Shown here: one piece after another, positions 52,499-64,000 of the stretch
Layout: each line of letters starts with the position of its first letter
How positions within the stretch are numbered: position 1 is the stretch's first letter
NCBI GenBank assembly: GCA_040357565.1
Contig: JBDODJ010000048.1
DNA from: Cercozoa sp. M6MM
Lineage: Eukaryota > Protista > Endomyxa: Ascetosporea
Reading direction: 5' to 3' (one strand)
DNA length: 64,000 nucleotides
Program-made: the position numbers and the translations under genes
Notes under the pieces: model-generated
What the model saw: the letters and a program-made list of their open reading frames with translations, nothing else
The model's database searches: none
Told to the model about the DNA's origin: nothing

Positions 52499-54096
52499 TC
52501 AAATGTCGTCAAGATCGTCAGCAAGCAGATCCGCGTCCAAGTCATCATCCAAAAACAACTGCGCGCAAGCAAAAATACAAAAAAAAACAGCTGGTGGCAC
52601 AAGCAAAAAAACTGAAGGCCTACCGATTCATCGATCTGTTCGGCCACTTGCTCTGCACAATAACAACAAGACTCAGCGAGTGCGAAAACAGTACAATGCA
52701 GAAGCAGGAATGTACCGACAGGTCCACTTGAAACAGGAGCTTCGAGAGTGGCAGGCTCCTCGGTTTCCTCCGACTCGCGCACCTCGTAGGTCTCGTCATC
52801 GGCTTCCTCGTCGTCAGCAAAGATGCCTGCACAGGTGCTCATGCATGTGGATGCAAAGAGAAACATAAGAACAGGCATACCACGCTTGATGGCATACAAC
52901 TCGCGGCCCGTGAGAGCGCCCTTGTGACCTCGGCCGCCCTTCTTCTTGCCGCCCTTGGCCATCTTGTAGCGCGCATTCTCCTCGATCTGCTTTTGCTTCT
53001 CGGCGTTCTTTTTCCGCTTCCACTCCATGAAGACCTCGTGCGTCAGCGGAGCTGTGCACACAGGTACAGAGTGTGCAAGCATCACACAAGAGAGAGAAAG
53101 GATGCGAGCGTACTCAGCTTGCGGCCGTCCATGAGGAGAGAGCGCTGAGCGTCAAGTTTCTGCTCGAACAGCGGGTCGCGCTTGTACCTGCCAAAAATAA
53201 ACACTGGTATCAAAATAAGGGATAGCGAAAGACACATGAGGTATGAAGTACACGTCAGCAAGTTCCTCTTCGGTGGGACCGTCGTTCTTCTCTGTTGCAA
53301 CGAACAAGCAAGGGAGCGTACATCGTGTTATCAGTCAAGCCAAAGCAAAAAAAAAAAGAAAACGGTACTCTTGCCCTTCTTGCCCTTCTTCTTCTTCTTC
53401 TTGCCACCCAAGGCAGGGTTCGCGAGCGCCTCCTCCAGTCGCTTCTTCTCCTCGGCCTCCTTTTTGGCCTTCTTGTCGGCAATGGCCTGCACACACCGCG
53501 TCAGACAAGTGTGCTTTCCCATCAGCAAGAGCAACGAAACACAGAGACGCACCTTCATCATGGCAGTCGCCTCGGCCTGTGCTTGTCTTTGCAACTCTAC
53601 TCACACAAGGCATGCAATTCTCGTGAATTTATATATCTAATATATATATATATATATATCTATATATATGTTGTTATGTGGGTGACAAAACAAACCCTTC
53701 TTGCGAGCCTTGGCCTCGGCCTTCTTGCGGTCAGCCTCGACTTGACCTGCGGAAACATGAACCAACACCAAAAGTAACTGCGCACAAAACCAGCACACAG
53801 GATAAGTGAGAAACGTACGCTTGTCGGTGAGGCCCTTCTTCATGACGGCAATGTGCTTCTGCGCCTTGGCGCCCTTCTTGTTCTTCATGCCGAACGTCTT
53901 GTCCACGATCGCCTTCTGCTCACAAAGAATACTCAAAAGTGCCGATTCACTCCAGAAGCTTCAAAAAAAGGGCAAGCACCTCCTTCTTCTTGCGATCCTT
54001 CGTCGACGTGGGCTTCTGCAACAACAAATCAAAATAATACAAGCTTGCCAGGACTGCTAGGGCAGGTATAATCACCTTCTTGGGCTTCGGCGGCAT
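52499..54096 (-). CDS. ZC3H15/Tma46 (DFRP1)-like protein lacking CCCH fingers
   Basis: MPPKPKK, IVDKTFGMKNKKGAKAQKHI; DFRP-like TPLTHEVFMEWKRKK, LTGRELY, FADDEEADD; acidic end IDESLFLDDDLD. Confidence 0.8.
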
Positions 54097-54410
54097 TTTG
54101 AGTCTTGCTGCAGGCAATGGTTTGGCAAAGGATTATTTTTCCGCCAATACAAATCTTAGGGAATTTGTACGCTCGCTGCGTCACAAAAAAACTCAAGTAA
54201 TAAGCCGTCGTTCTAAGGGACGCGCTGACCTAAAATGTTGCACTAACACGTGCCTGAACAGAGTCCTGAGCTTAAGCAGGCCTTGCAGCGACTTTTCTTC
54301 ATTTTTCATGTTCGTTTAAGGGGGCTGTCAATCTTGGGCGGAGCGAAGAACTGGAGACGCCAGTTGACCAGCGTGTGCGTGAAGCTGTGAACTATCTGCA
54401 ATTAGTTACC

Positions 54411-56854
54411 ATGATGCGTCAGGTGGCCCGTCGTCTTGCATCGCGCAGCTTGTCTGTGCGTTCGATGCGCTTCTTCAGCGCCGACGCCGAGCTGCGCCCG
54501 GCGCTCACGCACTTCTCCGAGGTAGGCGCGCTCACCTTGCGACGAAGCACTTGATGCTTTGTGGCACTTGACATCTCGCTGTGCAGCTGTGCATTTGCTT
54601 TGCGTTTTGCTTTGCTTTTTGAAATCGAGTTGCTTTGCTTCGAAGATAAACTTGCTTTGCTTAACTTTGCTTTGAAATAAAAGTTGCTTTGCTCTGACAT
54701 GAGTTGCTTTGCTTTGAAATAAAGTTGCTTTGCTAAATTAAAGTTCACTGCAACGAAGGTTTGCTGAATACTATTTTGTGTGAGCATAAGTGAGTGACAG
54801 ACAGTGCGAGTGTGTAGGAGGAGGACGTGATTCGTGAGGCGGCCGCTGCTTTCTCGGAGGAGATCATTCGTAGCCTGTGCCTTAGAGGCAGTTGTGTCCC
54901 AGTGTGTAGGCAGTGACAGTGCATGCAGTGACAGTGCCTCTCGTGTGCAGGTCCCGATGTGGTCCAGATGGACGAGGAGAGCGCCATGACGCCGGCGGTG
55001 TTGCAGGCACTGTACGACAATGGCTTCATGGGCATCGAGATTCCCGAGGAGTACGGCGGCGCCGGCATGAGCTTCACGCAGTCGCTCGTTATCATCGAGG
55101 AGATCTCCAAGGTCGACCCGGCCGTGGCCGTGCTGGTCGACATCCAGAACACGCTGGTCAACGCGCTGCTCATGCGCTTCGGTACTTTAGGCCCCCTGCC
55201 GCCTGTCCCTTTGCCCTACCCCCCCCCCTTACCCTTTACCCTAACCCTTTACCCTACCCCCTGTACCCTAACCCTTTACCCTTTACCCTGACCCTTTACC
55301 CTTTACCCTACCCCTTTACCCTACCCCCACCCCACCGGCAGGCACGGACGCGCAGAAGGAAAACTTCCTGCCGAAACTGGCCGCCGAATTCGCCGGTTCC
55401 TTCTGTCTCACCGAGGTGACACTCGCAGCCTTAATGTGCATCCTTAATTAGGGTGTGGCTATCTATGACCCCCCTTAAATAGGCTACGTCGGGATCGGAC
55501 GCTTTCGCCATGAAGACGCGTGCTGTCAAGGAGGGCGATGAGTAGTTTTACCCCCCTTCCCTTACCCCTCTACCCCTTTCTTACCCCCCCTCCATAGCTG
55601 GATCCTCAACGGCGGCAAGATGTGGATCTCCAACTCCTCGGAGGTACCGCTGTTTACCCCCCCCTCTAGTCCCCTTACCCCTACCTTTGCACAGGCCGGT
55701 CTCTTCATCGTGTTCGCTCAAACCGACCCGTCCAAGGGTCACAAGGTACACTGTATCCGAGGGGGCTAAGAGGGGGTGGGGGTAAACCTGAGGGTGTGCA
55801 GGGCATCACGGCCTTCCTGGTGGAGCGCGAGAACCCGGGTCTCACGATCGCCAAGAAGGAGGACAAGATGGGCATTCGCGCCTCGTCCACTCGTGAAATT
55901 GTGGTACGTTTGGACCGTCCATATGGAGCGTACAAATGTACAGGTGACACATGTGTACAGTTCGAGGACTGCCGAGTGACGCCGGACATGGTGCTCGGCG
56001 AGGTCGGCCAGGGCGGCAAGCTCGCCATCTCGCTGCTCAACGAGGGTCGCATCGGCATCGCCGCGCAGATGGTCGGCCTGGCGCAGGGCGCCTTCAATGC
56101 TGGTACCCCCATACCTCCTTACTCCTTACTCCTTACCTCCTTACCCCCTAACTCCTTACCTCTACCTCTACCCCTACCCCCCCAGCCATGCCGTACGTGC
56201 ACGAGCGCAAGCAGTTCGGTCAGCCGGTCGCTGACTTCCAGGGTACTTTTCCCCCCCCCCCCCCCCCCGCCTGCTTGCTTTACCCCTCCCCCATGTTGCA
56301 GGCATGCAGTTCCAGTTTGCCGAGGTGGCCACGCAGATCGAAGCTGCGCGACTGCTGGTGGGCTCTATGTTGGTTTACCCCTCCCCCTATCCCCTTACCC
56401 CCCTTACCCCCCTTAGGTGTACAACGCGGCGCGTCTGAAGGAGGCCGGCAAGCCGTGCATCAAGGAGGCCGCCATGGCCAAGCTGTATGCCTCGCGTGTT
56501 GCTGAGAAGGCCGCCTCTATGGTACCTGCTTACTCCTGTATCTTCTTCTTTACACCTTTACCCCCTCCCCCTCCTCCCCCAGGGCATTGAGTGGATGGGC
56601 GGTGTCGGCTTCACGCGCGAGTTCCCGAACGAGAAGTACCCCTCAGTTTACCCCCCTCCCCCCTATTATTCTACCTTGTCGACTTTGCTAGGTTCTACCG
56701 TGATGCCAAGATTGGTGCCATCTACGAGGTAGTCTTTCTGCATAGCTTGATATCCTTCTTGACTCAGTGTGTACATGTGTGTTGCTGTTGGCAGGGCACG
56801 TCCAACATGATGCTGCAGACCATCGCCAAGCAGATCGCTAAGGAGTACAAGTAG
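54411..56854 (+). CDS. ACADSB: Mitochondrial short/branched-chain acyl-CoA dehydrogenase
   Basis: Presequence MMRQVARRLASRSLSVRSMRFFS; GFMGIEIPEEYGG, VDIQNTLVN, GSFCLTE, GSDAFAMKT, KKEDKMGIRASST, LNEGRIGIAAQMVGLAQG, RDAKIGAIYEGTSN. Confidence 0.96.
54595..54735. repeat. Degenerate TTGCTTTGCT minisatellite in ACADSB intron 1
   Basis: Repeated GTTGCTTTGCT(TTGAAATAAA) units. Confidence 0.85.
55190..55335. repeat. C-rich (CCCTTTA/CCCTA)n intronic repeat
   Basis: ccctttaccctaaccctttaccctacccc... Confidence 0.9.
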
Positions 56855-57512
56855 ACGCACAGGCAAAGGAGCCACCTACAGTGTTGAACCAACTGAACTG
56901 TGTCGAGTGCAGGTATGCCTGGCAATCTGCCCATGCCAACGCCGACATGCGCGCGTCCGGTCGGTCAACCGCCGAGTGCACTTGATTTAAGCTTGGTTCG
57001 GTTTCTTTCCTTCTGCTTGGTTTCGTTTTGATAGGTATAGATACGTTCCAAGTCAGCCCAGTTCAGTTCAGTTCGTGGTTACTGTTAACGTAAGCGACTT
57101 CGACGGCGTGCAGTACAAATCTAGGCACTAACGTATTCCTGTATCGATAGTCAGTTTCGTTTGCGCTGACGTTTACCGTACGTCACGTACCGTAGGCACG
57201 GTATGGTACGTTGAGTTATTTATCGCAGGACACGTACAGTACAGTCCGTGCCAGAGCATCGCCCGTTTCGTCAGCGCAGCTCGCGTCGCCTGGCCTGGCC
57301 CGTGTCACTTAGAGTCGACATGATCTAGTAGAGGCACGTAGCACACTCCAGGAAACACTTTCGTTGCGTGCAAGTTGCCTTTCGAGTCCTTCTCGTACAG
57401 GTAAATGTGGCCTTCTCCTGGGATGCCCGAGCCTCTACAATGTATTCGGTTGTATTAGAAGAGACAGAAGACTGATACAAGCACGAGTGACAGCTGCGGA
57501 GAGTGACTGTTT

Positions 57513-58437
57513 TTACGTAGCACGTGGTGTCAGCAGTACTCCGCCGGGCTTGAGAAGTTTGACGACATTGGCAAGTTGGTGCGGTTCCAACAGTGCCCCA
57601 ATGTGGATAAAGTCCATCGACTCGGCTTCAAACGTGTCGTAGTCACGTCGTTCGACACTCCAGCGCAGCGATGGACTTCGACTCGCTTCGTGCTGACTGT
57701 AGAATCGGTGGAGATTCGCGCGGGCCAGATTCACGAGGTCGTCATTCACCTCGGTTCCAATTATCTCTCGGCGTCGCTCTCGTCCAAACAGAGCTGGGGA
57801 GGAGGAGGGAGTAACTCCGGAAAAAGGCAGGACTACGATAAAAATCGATCTCATGACACCTGTTGTTGCGACGTCGAACATGGCAATGAGCACCCCGGTG
57901 CCAGTCCCGATGTCCAAACTGCTCAGTAGGAATACTGTATGTATATATATAAATAATATACATAAATTTATATATATGTTTACTGTTACCTTGGAAGGTA
58001 CTTAAACAGAAACATACCACCGAATCTGGTCAGTTGAATTCGCTTCGATGGTGTTCTGAAGCCCGTACTCAAAGACCGCGAACGCGTGCAGGTACGGGGC
58101 CGACATAACTATTTCTCCTCCGGCATTCCAGCCGAGCGGCAACGGCGACAAGCTGTGACTGTGCTCCTTACTCTTGTAGCCATCTGGAGCAAACTCTGCT
58201 CGATCAACGTAGAGCAACGACCGTTCGGTTGCACTCCACGCTTGCAGGGCCTTCTGATGCAGTTCAGACTGCACACTCAACTGTCTCGACACTCCTGGAA
58301 TTGACTGAGAGGGTGGTAGTAAGGATCGAAACTGAGAAGAGTCAACAAAGCGCAAATAGGCCAACCTTGAGGTATCTCATGACTTGTGTCACAAAAAGAC
58401 GCAACTCCGTTGAAACAGCACTCATTTCTGCTTGCAT
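57513..58437 (-). CDS. Protein-L-isoaspartate O-methyltransferase (PCMT)-like SAM-dependent methyltransferase
   Basis: VDRAEFAP..PLPLGW..MSAPYLHA, LDIGTGTG, IIGTE..LVNLARANL, FIHIGA, LLKPGGVLL. Confidence 0.8.
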
Positions 58438-58640
58438 TGTATCACACAAATAATGCTGGGTCAAAGCAAAGGTAGTGGATATGACGTACCCTTAGAAAGC
58501 TCTAATCTGCAACTTTGGAAACCTTTGGGTTATAAACCGGCCTGAGAGCTTTGGTTTGGAATATTAAACCCAAACTGACTATGACTCAGAGAAACTAAAG
58601 CGTGTAACTTAGCTTGGTTCAAAACTCGTATGGATCTGTG

Positions 58641-58676
58641 TCAGTGCTAGAGCCGTCAGTGCTAGAGCCGTCAGTG
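58641..58676. repeat. 15-bp tandem repeat TCAGTGCTAGAGCCG x2.4
   Basis: Directly visible. Confidence 0.85.
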
Positions 58677-58759
58677 TCCTCACTCGAGTGCTCAATTTCG
58701 CTCTCACTGTCACTAAGCTCAGTTCAGTTGGTGAAAAGTCACCCAATCAATGTGTGGCA

Positions 58760-59530
58760 GTGATTTACCTCCCACCATCAGACCCATCATCTTCGCTGTC
58801 TTCGCACGAGACGGTTCGACCCGTCAGCACAGCGCGCAGGCGCTTAATTGCACGCTTTTTCAACTGGATCATCTGTTCCCCAAAGCAGTAGTCGGACAAG
58901 TCATGATCAGGAATGAAACTGAAATGTATTGTACCGCCATGTCATACTCCTGCATACGAATGACGTTTCCGTGCTCGTCGGAGATGGCACGCTTGTTCTC
59001 GTACAAGGCTTGTTGCATGTCGGCTTCGTCTTCGCGCGTCTTGGCCAGCTGCAGCTGCTGTAGCACTTCCTGCCGCGTGTTGCCTTCCACAATGCGACAC
59101 TCGCCAGTCAGTTCGCCATCCTCATTTAAATTCGGCAGCGACACGCACACCTTTTGCGACGCCAAAAACGCGTCAAAGTTGCGCCGACGCAGCGCTATCA
59201 AACGCTGGCGCACATCCTGCAAGAGCAGCACCAGGTTCATCTTCAGCTTACGATCCTATAGACTGACGGACGGTTTGTTTAAATTTACCTGCAAGCGACC
59301 GTTGATTTCGTCACTCTCATTTCGCATCTCGCGCACGAAACGTTGCCACGACAGCATCTTTAGTTCAGCCACTTGCACAGAATAATAGTAAGTGTGATAG
59401 GCGTGCTCTGAAACCGATACTTCTTACTAGCAATTGCGAACTGCGGCTGAAAAACCCTGAGTGTTTCTCGCGCACTTTCAATTCGAAGTCGCTCGTTTTT
59501 TGTCGCGTACATTAGAAGACATACCCTCGT
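58760..59530 (-). CDS. Coiled-coil exons of a hypothetical protein (possibly the 3' end of the upstream minus-strand gene)
   Basis: Open exons ELKMLSWQRFVREMRNESDEINGRLQ / DRKLKMNLVLLLQDVRQRLIALRRR.. with GT-AG borders; 5' connection not resolved. Confidence 0.45.
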
Positions 59531-59731
59531 AGAAAAGGTCGTCGAAAGTTTGAAGGTTTTTGAAGTCAATTAAATCAGCACCGAGCAAAACAAATCCTAC
59601 CTCTTGATAACGGTACTGGTTCAATTAGATCGTTCGCGCTGACGAGTAGTCAGATGAGAGACTTGACTAACTGAGAAACGCTATGCCGTAACAAATGGAT
59701 CAACGTCGAAACGAAAGGAACTAAGACCCGA

Positions 59732-62700
59732 CTAAATGGGTTGCATCTCACTGGCGCCGACTGTGGCAGCGGCAGGCTCGCCATCGGCAGAAGACTCACG
59801 CGCAGCGTCGTTGGTACTGCACGTGTCATCCACAGCGACGGCATCGTTTTGACCCTGTAAGTTAGCATTTTCGCTGCTGTCGGCAAAGGCAAACCCTTCG
59901 GCTTCGTCCTCTGCTTCGTCCTCGAGCTGCCAGTCCCAGTTCCAGTCGTCGTCGTCGTCGTCGTCTCTCCGGCGAAGCGTGTGCTCTTCGATGGCGAGCT
60001 CATCGGATTCGAGACTGTCGATCGCATCGGCATGCAGCATGTCGCTCCACCAGTCGCCCGCTGCAGAGACTTTCGCATCCCACACCATACAATCCCAAAG
60101 GCAAAAAGCAGAGCTACGGTAGGGCAGCGCCTGTCGTTTCAGTTCGCCCAAGGACTCGTGTGTCACACGCCCCGACTGTTGCGCGAAACAACAACGTGCA
60201 TACTGTAAGTTTGCACCATATCTGGACGACTCAAGTTATTGTACCACAAGACCCGGCAACGCGTCGTACACCCTACGAGAAACAGAATTCAAAACAAGCT
60301 CCCAATGACACGAAACTCACGGTCGACAAGCAGCGAGATCGTCGAGTTCTTGCTGTGGCATGTCTGTGCGATTTGTTGTGTAGAATATCATTGCACAAAA
60401 GAGACAACACGGAAACTGACCAGTGATAATGCGGTGCGCTGTTTCAAGTGTTTCCTCCACATCGACATCTGTACACACAAACATGTAAGATCGAAAGAAA
60501 AAACAACACACTGCAAACATCGTACTGGCCGAGGATCGGAAAGGATCGTGACGTGCGAGCCATCCTTCCAGTGCAGAAGCACGCAGCAACAGCATCATTT
60601 CCTGCATGGAGTTTTAATCAAGATAGAAACATCCTGCACAGTTTGACGAGAAAGTGTACGCGCTGGTCGAGTGCGAAATCGTTCATGCCGAGGTGAACTG
60701 ATATCTCCTGCACGAGACGCAGTGCGCGTCCTCTGAAACCACCAAATCACGCCATCAACAGACAAATTCTAACTCAAGTGCAACTACCGAGTCAGCAGTT
60801 GGCGCGCCTTGCGCATCACTTCTCCGCGACCTTCGTCCGTCTGTTCAAAATTGCTTCAAGCAGAAGCACACTCCAAAATGAGAGAAATCCTACGATAAGG
60901 TGCGAGTTGCGTGAACGCGTCAAGTGCGTGTCGAAACTAGGCGCTTGTGCGAATGGTGACTAGATCCACACACTATCATCTATGAAAGAAAAACCTTAAA
61001 AAAGACATACGAGAGCGAAAACGGCGTCGTGATGCGGCATTTGCGGCAACAATGGTGCATCATGCGCCAACAACTCTCTCTACAACAGACAGCAAAAAAG
61101 AAAAGCTTCGACAAAACCAGAAACTAACTCAAGCAAAACCAAAGCTACAGGCACGGTATCGCACAAAAACAAGGGTGCATGACGTGCACGCAGTCCGAGC
61201 AGCGATGACACATCAGGCACGCGCGCATGAGTGTGTTCATCCAACGTGGCGCGTCGTTCCTAAACTCATGCAAATGTATTAACTTCTAATTTGATTGCAT
61301 AACTTCCGCGCGGATGTACTTGAATGTGTCGCTTGGAGATCATCGGTGCCATCTGGCCGTATTTCTGTACCGAAGCAGCATTAAATCTACCAAAAAAACG
61401 ATAAGCATAAACTACGATGACTGCGTCGATGTTGGGCAGCAGCTCATGCAACTCGAGCGGCAGTTGGCCCAAACGCAGCAACAGACGATTCCTCTGTTTT
61501 TGACTTGAATAAAAAGATGGTTTGGTCGTTAGAATCCTCAAGTACCATGTTCACAAAATCCAGCGTGGTTAGGACAGCCAAAGCGTCGCGTGAGACCTGC
61601 GACTTGGCATGCGCTTTGCTCAGCGCACTATTTTCAACGATTGGAATTATTTAATTTTTGGTTGTTTTCAACTTTGTAACAGGGTACCGGAACTGCGCCA
61701 GAAGCGGAACTTCCTCCGCCGTTTCACTTTCTAAAAGCGACGTAAACTCCGAGTCGTCCGCGAAGGCAGAAACCGTTGTGACGTGAGTGCTCTCATTCTG
61801 TGCTCAGAAGAATTACCGCTGCTGAGTGCAGTCGGAAACTACACGTACCCAGTTGCTTTTGAAACGCCGAATAATCGCACGCAACGATTCCTGCACAGTA
61901 CCAAGTTGCCTTTACCATTTCAATGAGAAAAACCAAAACACAATACCAGTGAATCCGCCAGATCGCCGTGATCGCGGTGATGCGAGCGCAGCACAGACGT
62001 CTGGATGGGCGACATGTCCGTCTGTACCAATAGAAGCATGGACCACACCGCAAAACCAACAAGGCAACCTACCGGTGCAAAAACGCGGACATGAGATTGC
62101 GACGTGATCTGCGCAATGTTTGCTCATCAGTCCCACAAGTTACAGGCACAGACAAGACTGGTACAGGGGCAAGCAGGTCGATGGCAGGCACACCCGTATC
62201 CAGCAGGCGCATATCTGGCAACTGCCAAAAACATTTTTCGTATATTTCGTCCAGGCAAAGCAACAAAATAAAGACGCACGTTTTTCGAACTCGACGAAAC
62301 GATCATCGGAATTTTCGAATTCATTTTGTTGCGCGGTGACGTGGGTGCATTTTCTTCATTTTCCTTTTGTTCTTCCTGTTGTTTTTCCTGTTGTTAAAGC
62401 GGTAAGCCATGCGGGTGTATGCCAAAGTGCAAACCGTGTACCCCAGGGCGAAAGACGGAGCGAATGGCGGCAAAAATGTCTTCACTTTTGTTGCTCTTTT
62501 CGTTGGGCGAGAAATCGCGCACCTTGGTTCGCACGCGGACCTGATACAATCAACTCTAGAAATTACATCAGAATGAAACAACGCCAAAATGCCAACACAC
62601 CGTTTGGCCAGGTTGTAGCAACGAGCATGCGCCCGAGAGTGGCAGACACTTGAAGAAGACCTACACACCCGGATCGAGGGGAGCCAGTGTTGTGGATACA

Positions 62701-63800
62701 CAGCGGGTTCAGTACAGTGTTGTTTGATTCGGGCACTCCAAACACCGAGGATTCGATCACCTGACACAACATTCATTCTCAGCACTGAATGTTTATCCCA
62801 TACAATTCAACGATACAGTATGTGCCTCCATCTGCACAATGGGTTCTTGGTCCTCCTCGTCCCTGCAGTCAGCACACGGAATGAGCACCTCAGCAAAACA
62901 ACAGAACTCACAAGTTACGCATTTTCGGGATCGAAAAGTCGCTCAAAAACATCGACAGCGCCGGCCAGAGGCACGGGTTTCTCGGTGGGTGGCACCTGTC
63001 GGAGCGAAGGTTCATCTTCAGAGTTTACACCGCACAGCCCATGCATCACTACCTCGATGGTGACCAAAGCATCGTTGGCATCGTCTTGGCGCTGAACGTG
63101 AACGACACGGCCCGTCACAGTCTGAGAAAGCCGCATTAACGAAATCAAGAACAATCAGAGCGGAAAACAAAAAAAGACCTGCGCTGCGTTCGAACTGCGC
63201 AAACGGCGCCCGCAGCGTACAACCTGACGCAACATCGTAGTAAGCCACGGCTGCGCGGTGCAGGACAACTTGACTCGTTCGGGCTCGATCAAAGAAAAGC
63301 AGGGTGGCTACAAAACAAATTTCACCCTTGTGTGCATTAAGCTTGCTGAGCGTCTGCAGGCAGCTGAACTTGATAGTTAAAGATACTTGAGCGTATCAGA
63401 GGCGAGCTTGGTCGTTGAGGATTCCAGAGGTTTGCTGAGCAATGAGAGTTGTTTGGTTTGGGGGTGTTTGGGGGTGTTTGGGGGTNNNNNNNNNNNNNNN
63501 NNNNNNNNNNNNNNNNNNNNNNNNNNNNNNNNNNNNNNNNNNNNNNNNNNNNNNNNNNNNNNNNNNNNNNNNNNNNNNNNNNNNNGTGTTTGGGGGTGTT
63601 TGGGGGTGTTTGGGGGTGTTTGGAGTGTCATACTGTTGCTCCTGGTGCAGGTAGAGACGGAAAATGGTGCTGTCGCAGCACCAGATCGCGCCGCGCACAA
63701 GTTCGCGCGATTTCTATGCCGATCAGCCGCAGCAGCGCGTGCTGGTAGGGTCGTGTCTATGGTATGTGTATATGTGTGGTTGTAGACTTGGGTGTGTGTG
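59732..63800 (-). CDS. Unidentified multi-exon gene(s), probably continuing beyond window end
   Basis: Series of protein-like minus-strand exons with GT-AG borders (VTGRVVHVQRQDD.., ENESTHVTTVSAFADD.., YAYRFFGRFNAA.., acidic DDDDDDDWNWDWQLEDE); family not recognised. Confidence 0.45.
63456..63622. repeat. (TTTGGGGGTG)n G-rich tandem repeat spanning a 100-N gap
   Basis: Directly visible on both sides of the gap. Confidence 0.92.
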
Positions 63801-63889
63801 TGCAGGAGAGTGCCAACATGGGCGCGCTGGTGCAGATTCTGCGTCAGTTGCGCGACGTTGCTGGTGCAGGTAATATTAGTAAGGAAGGC

Positions 63890-64000
63890 TGTATGTATGT
63901 ATGTATGTATGTATGTATGTATGTATGTATGTATGTATGTATGTATGTATGTCTGTATGTATGTATGTATGTATGTATGTATGTATGTATGTATGTATGT
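63890..64000. repeat. (GTAT)n microsatellite
   Basis: Directly visible. Confidence 0.95.

Noticed and set aside
55190-55335. Interstitial telomeric (CCCTAA)n
   Set aside because: Only one true CCCTAA unit is present; the rest are CCCTTTA/CCCTA variants
10610-56854. Alternative genetic code or stop-codon readthrough
   Set aside because: Conserved genes splice into open frames without internal stops, and TAA, TAG and TGA are all used as terminators
58760-59530. Sds3/BRMS1-like assignment
   Set aside because: Only generic coiled-coil resemblance, with no diagnostic motif
118-63873. Most entries of the six-frame ORF track (HTHT/CVCV-rich and antisense ORFs)
   Set aside because: They are microsatellite read-through, shadow frames or exon-plus-intron fragments of the spliced genes
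1-64000. tRNA, rRNA, CRISPR arrays, transposase or reverse transcriptase genes
   Set aside because: None recognised by eye; repeats are simple intronic satellites without a repeat-spacer structure

Overview
Eukaryotic (protist-like) nuclear DNA, standard genetic code, gene-dense with short spacers (about 230-660 bp) and extremely intron-rich (introns mostly 45-100 nt), so the supplied ORF track is mostly uninformative. Genes were rebuilt by hand-splicing. In order: 3' part of alpha-SNAP (+); a very large type-I surface protein (+); Brr2/SNRNP200 U5 helicase (-, about 85 introns); p24/TMED (+); GNL3/Nug1-like GTPase (+); DEDDy 3'-5' exonuclease (-); a hypothetical gene (-); a small type-I membrane protein (+); an FHA-like multi-TM protein (-); long-chain acyl-CoA synthetase (+); Vps20/CHMP6 (+); an FN3 type-I membrane protein (+); an SV2/SVOP-like MFS transporter (+); a bacterial-type VOC protein missed by the ORF track (-); class I aldolase (+); a ZC3H15/Tma46-like protein without zinc fingers (-); ACADSB (+); a PCMT-like methyltransferase (-); and unidentified minus-strand exons to the end. 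The best candidate for new biology is the one unusually long, non-repetitive Brr2 intron (21529-21896). It carries box C/D-like motifs and a 10-nt antisense to the U6 snRNA catalytic AGC region, i.e. a probable U6-methylation guide RNA hosted by the U4/U6 helicase gene. Also notable: degenerate GTA-type 5' splice sites, gene-specific intronic repeat styles, a TACnGTA motif clustered in spacers, and an ET-like plus basic tail on the giant surface protein. Family assignments rest on motif recognition by eye, with no database searches; the taxon is not assigned.
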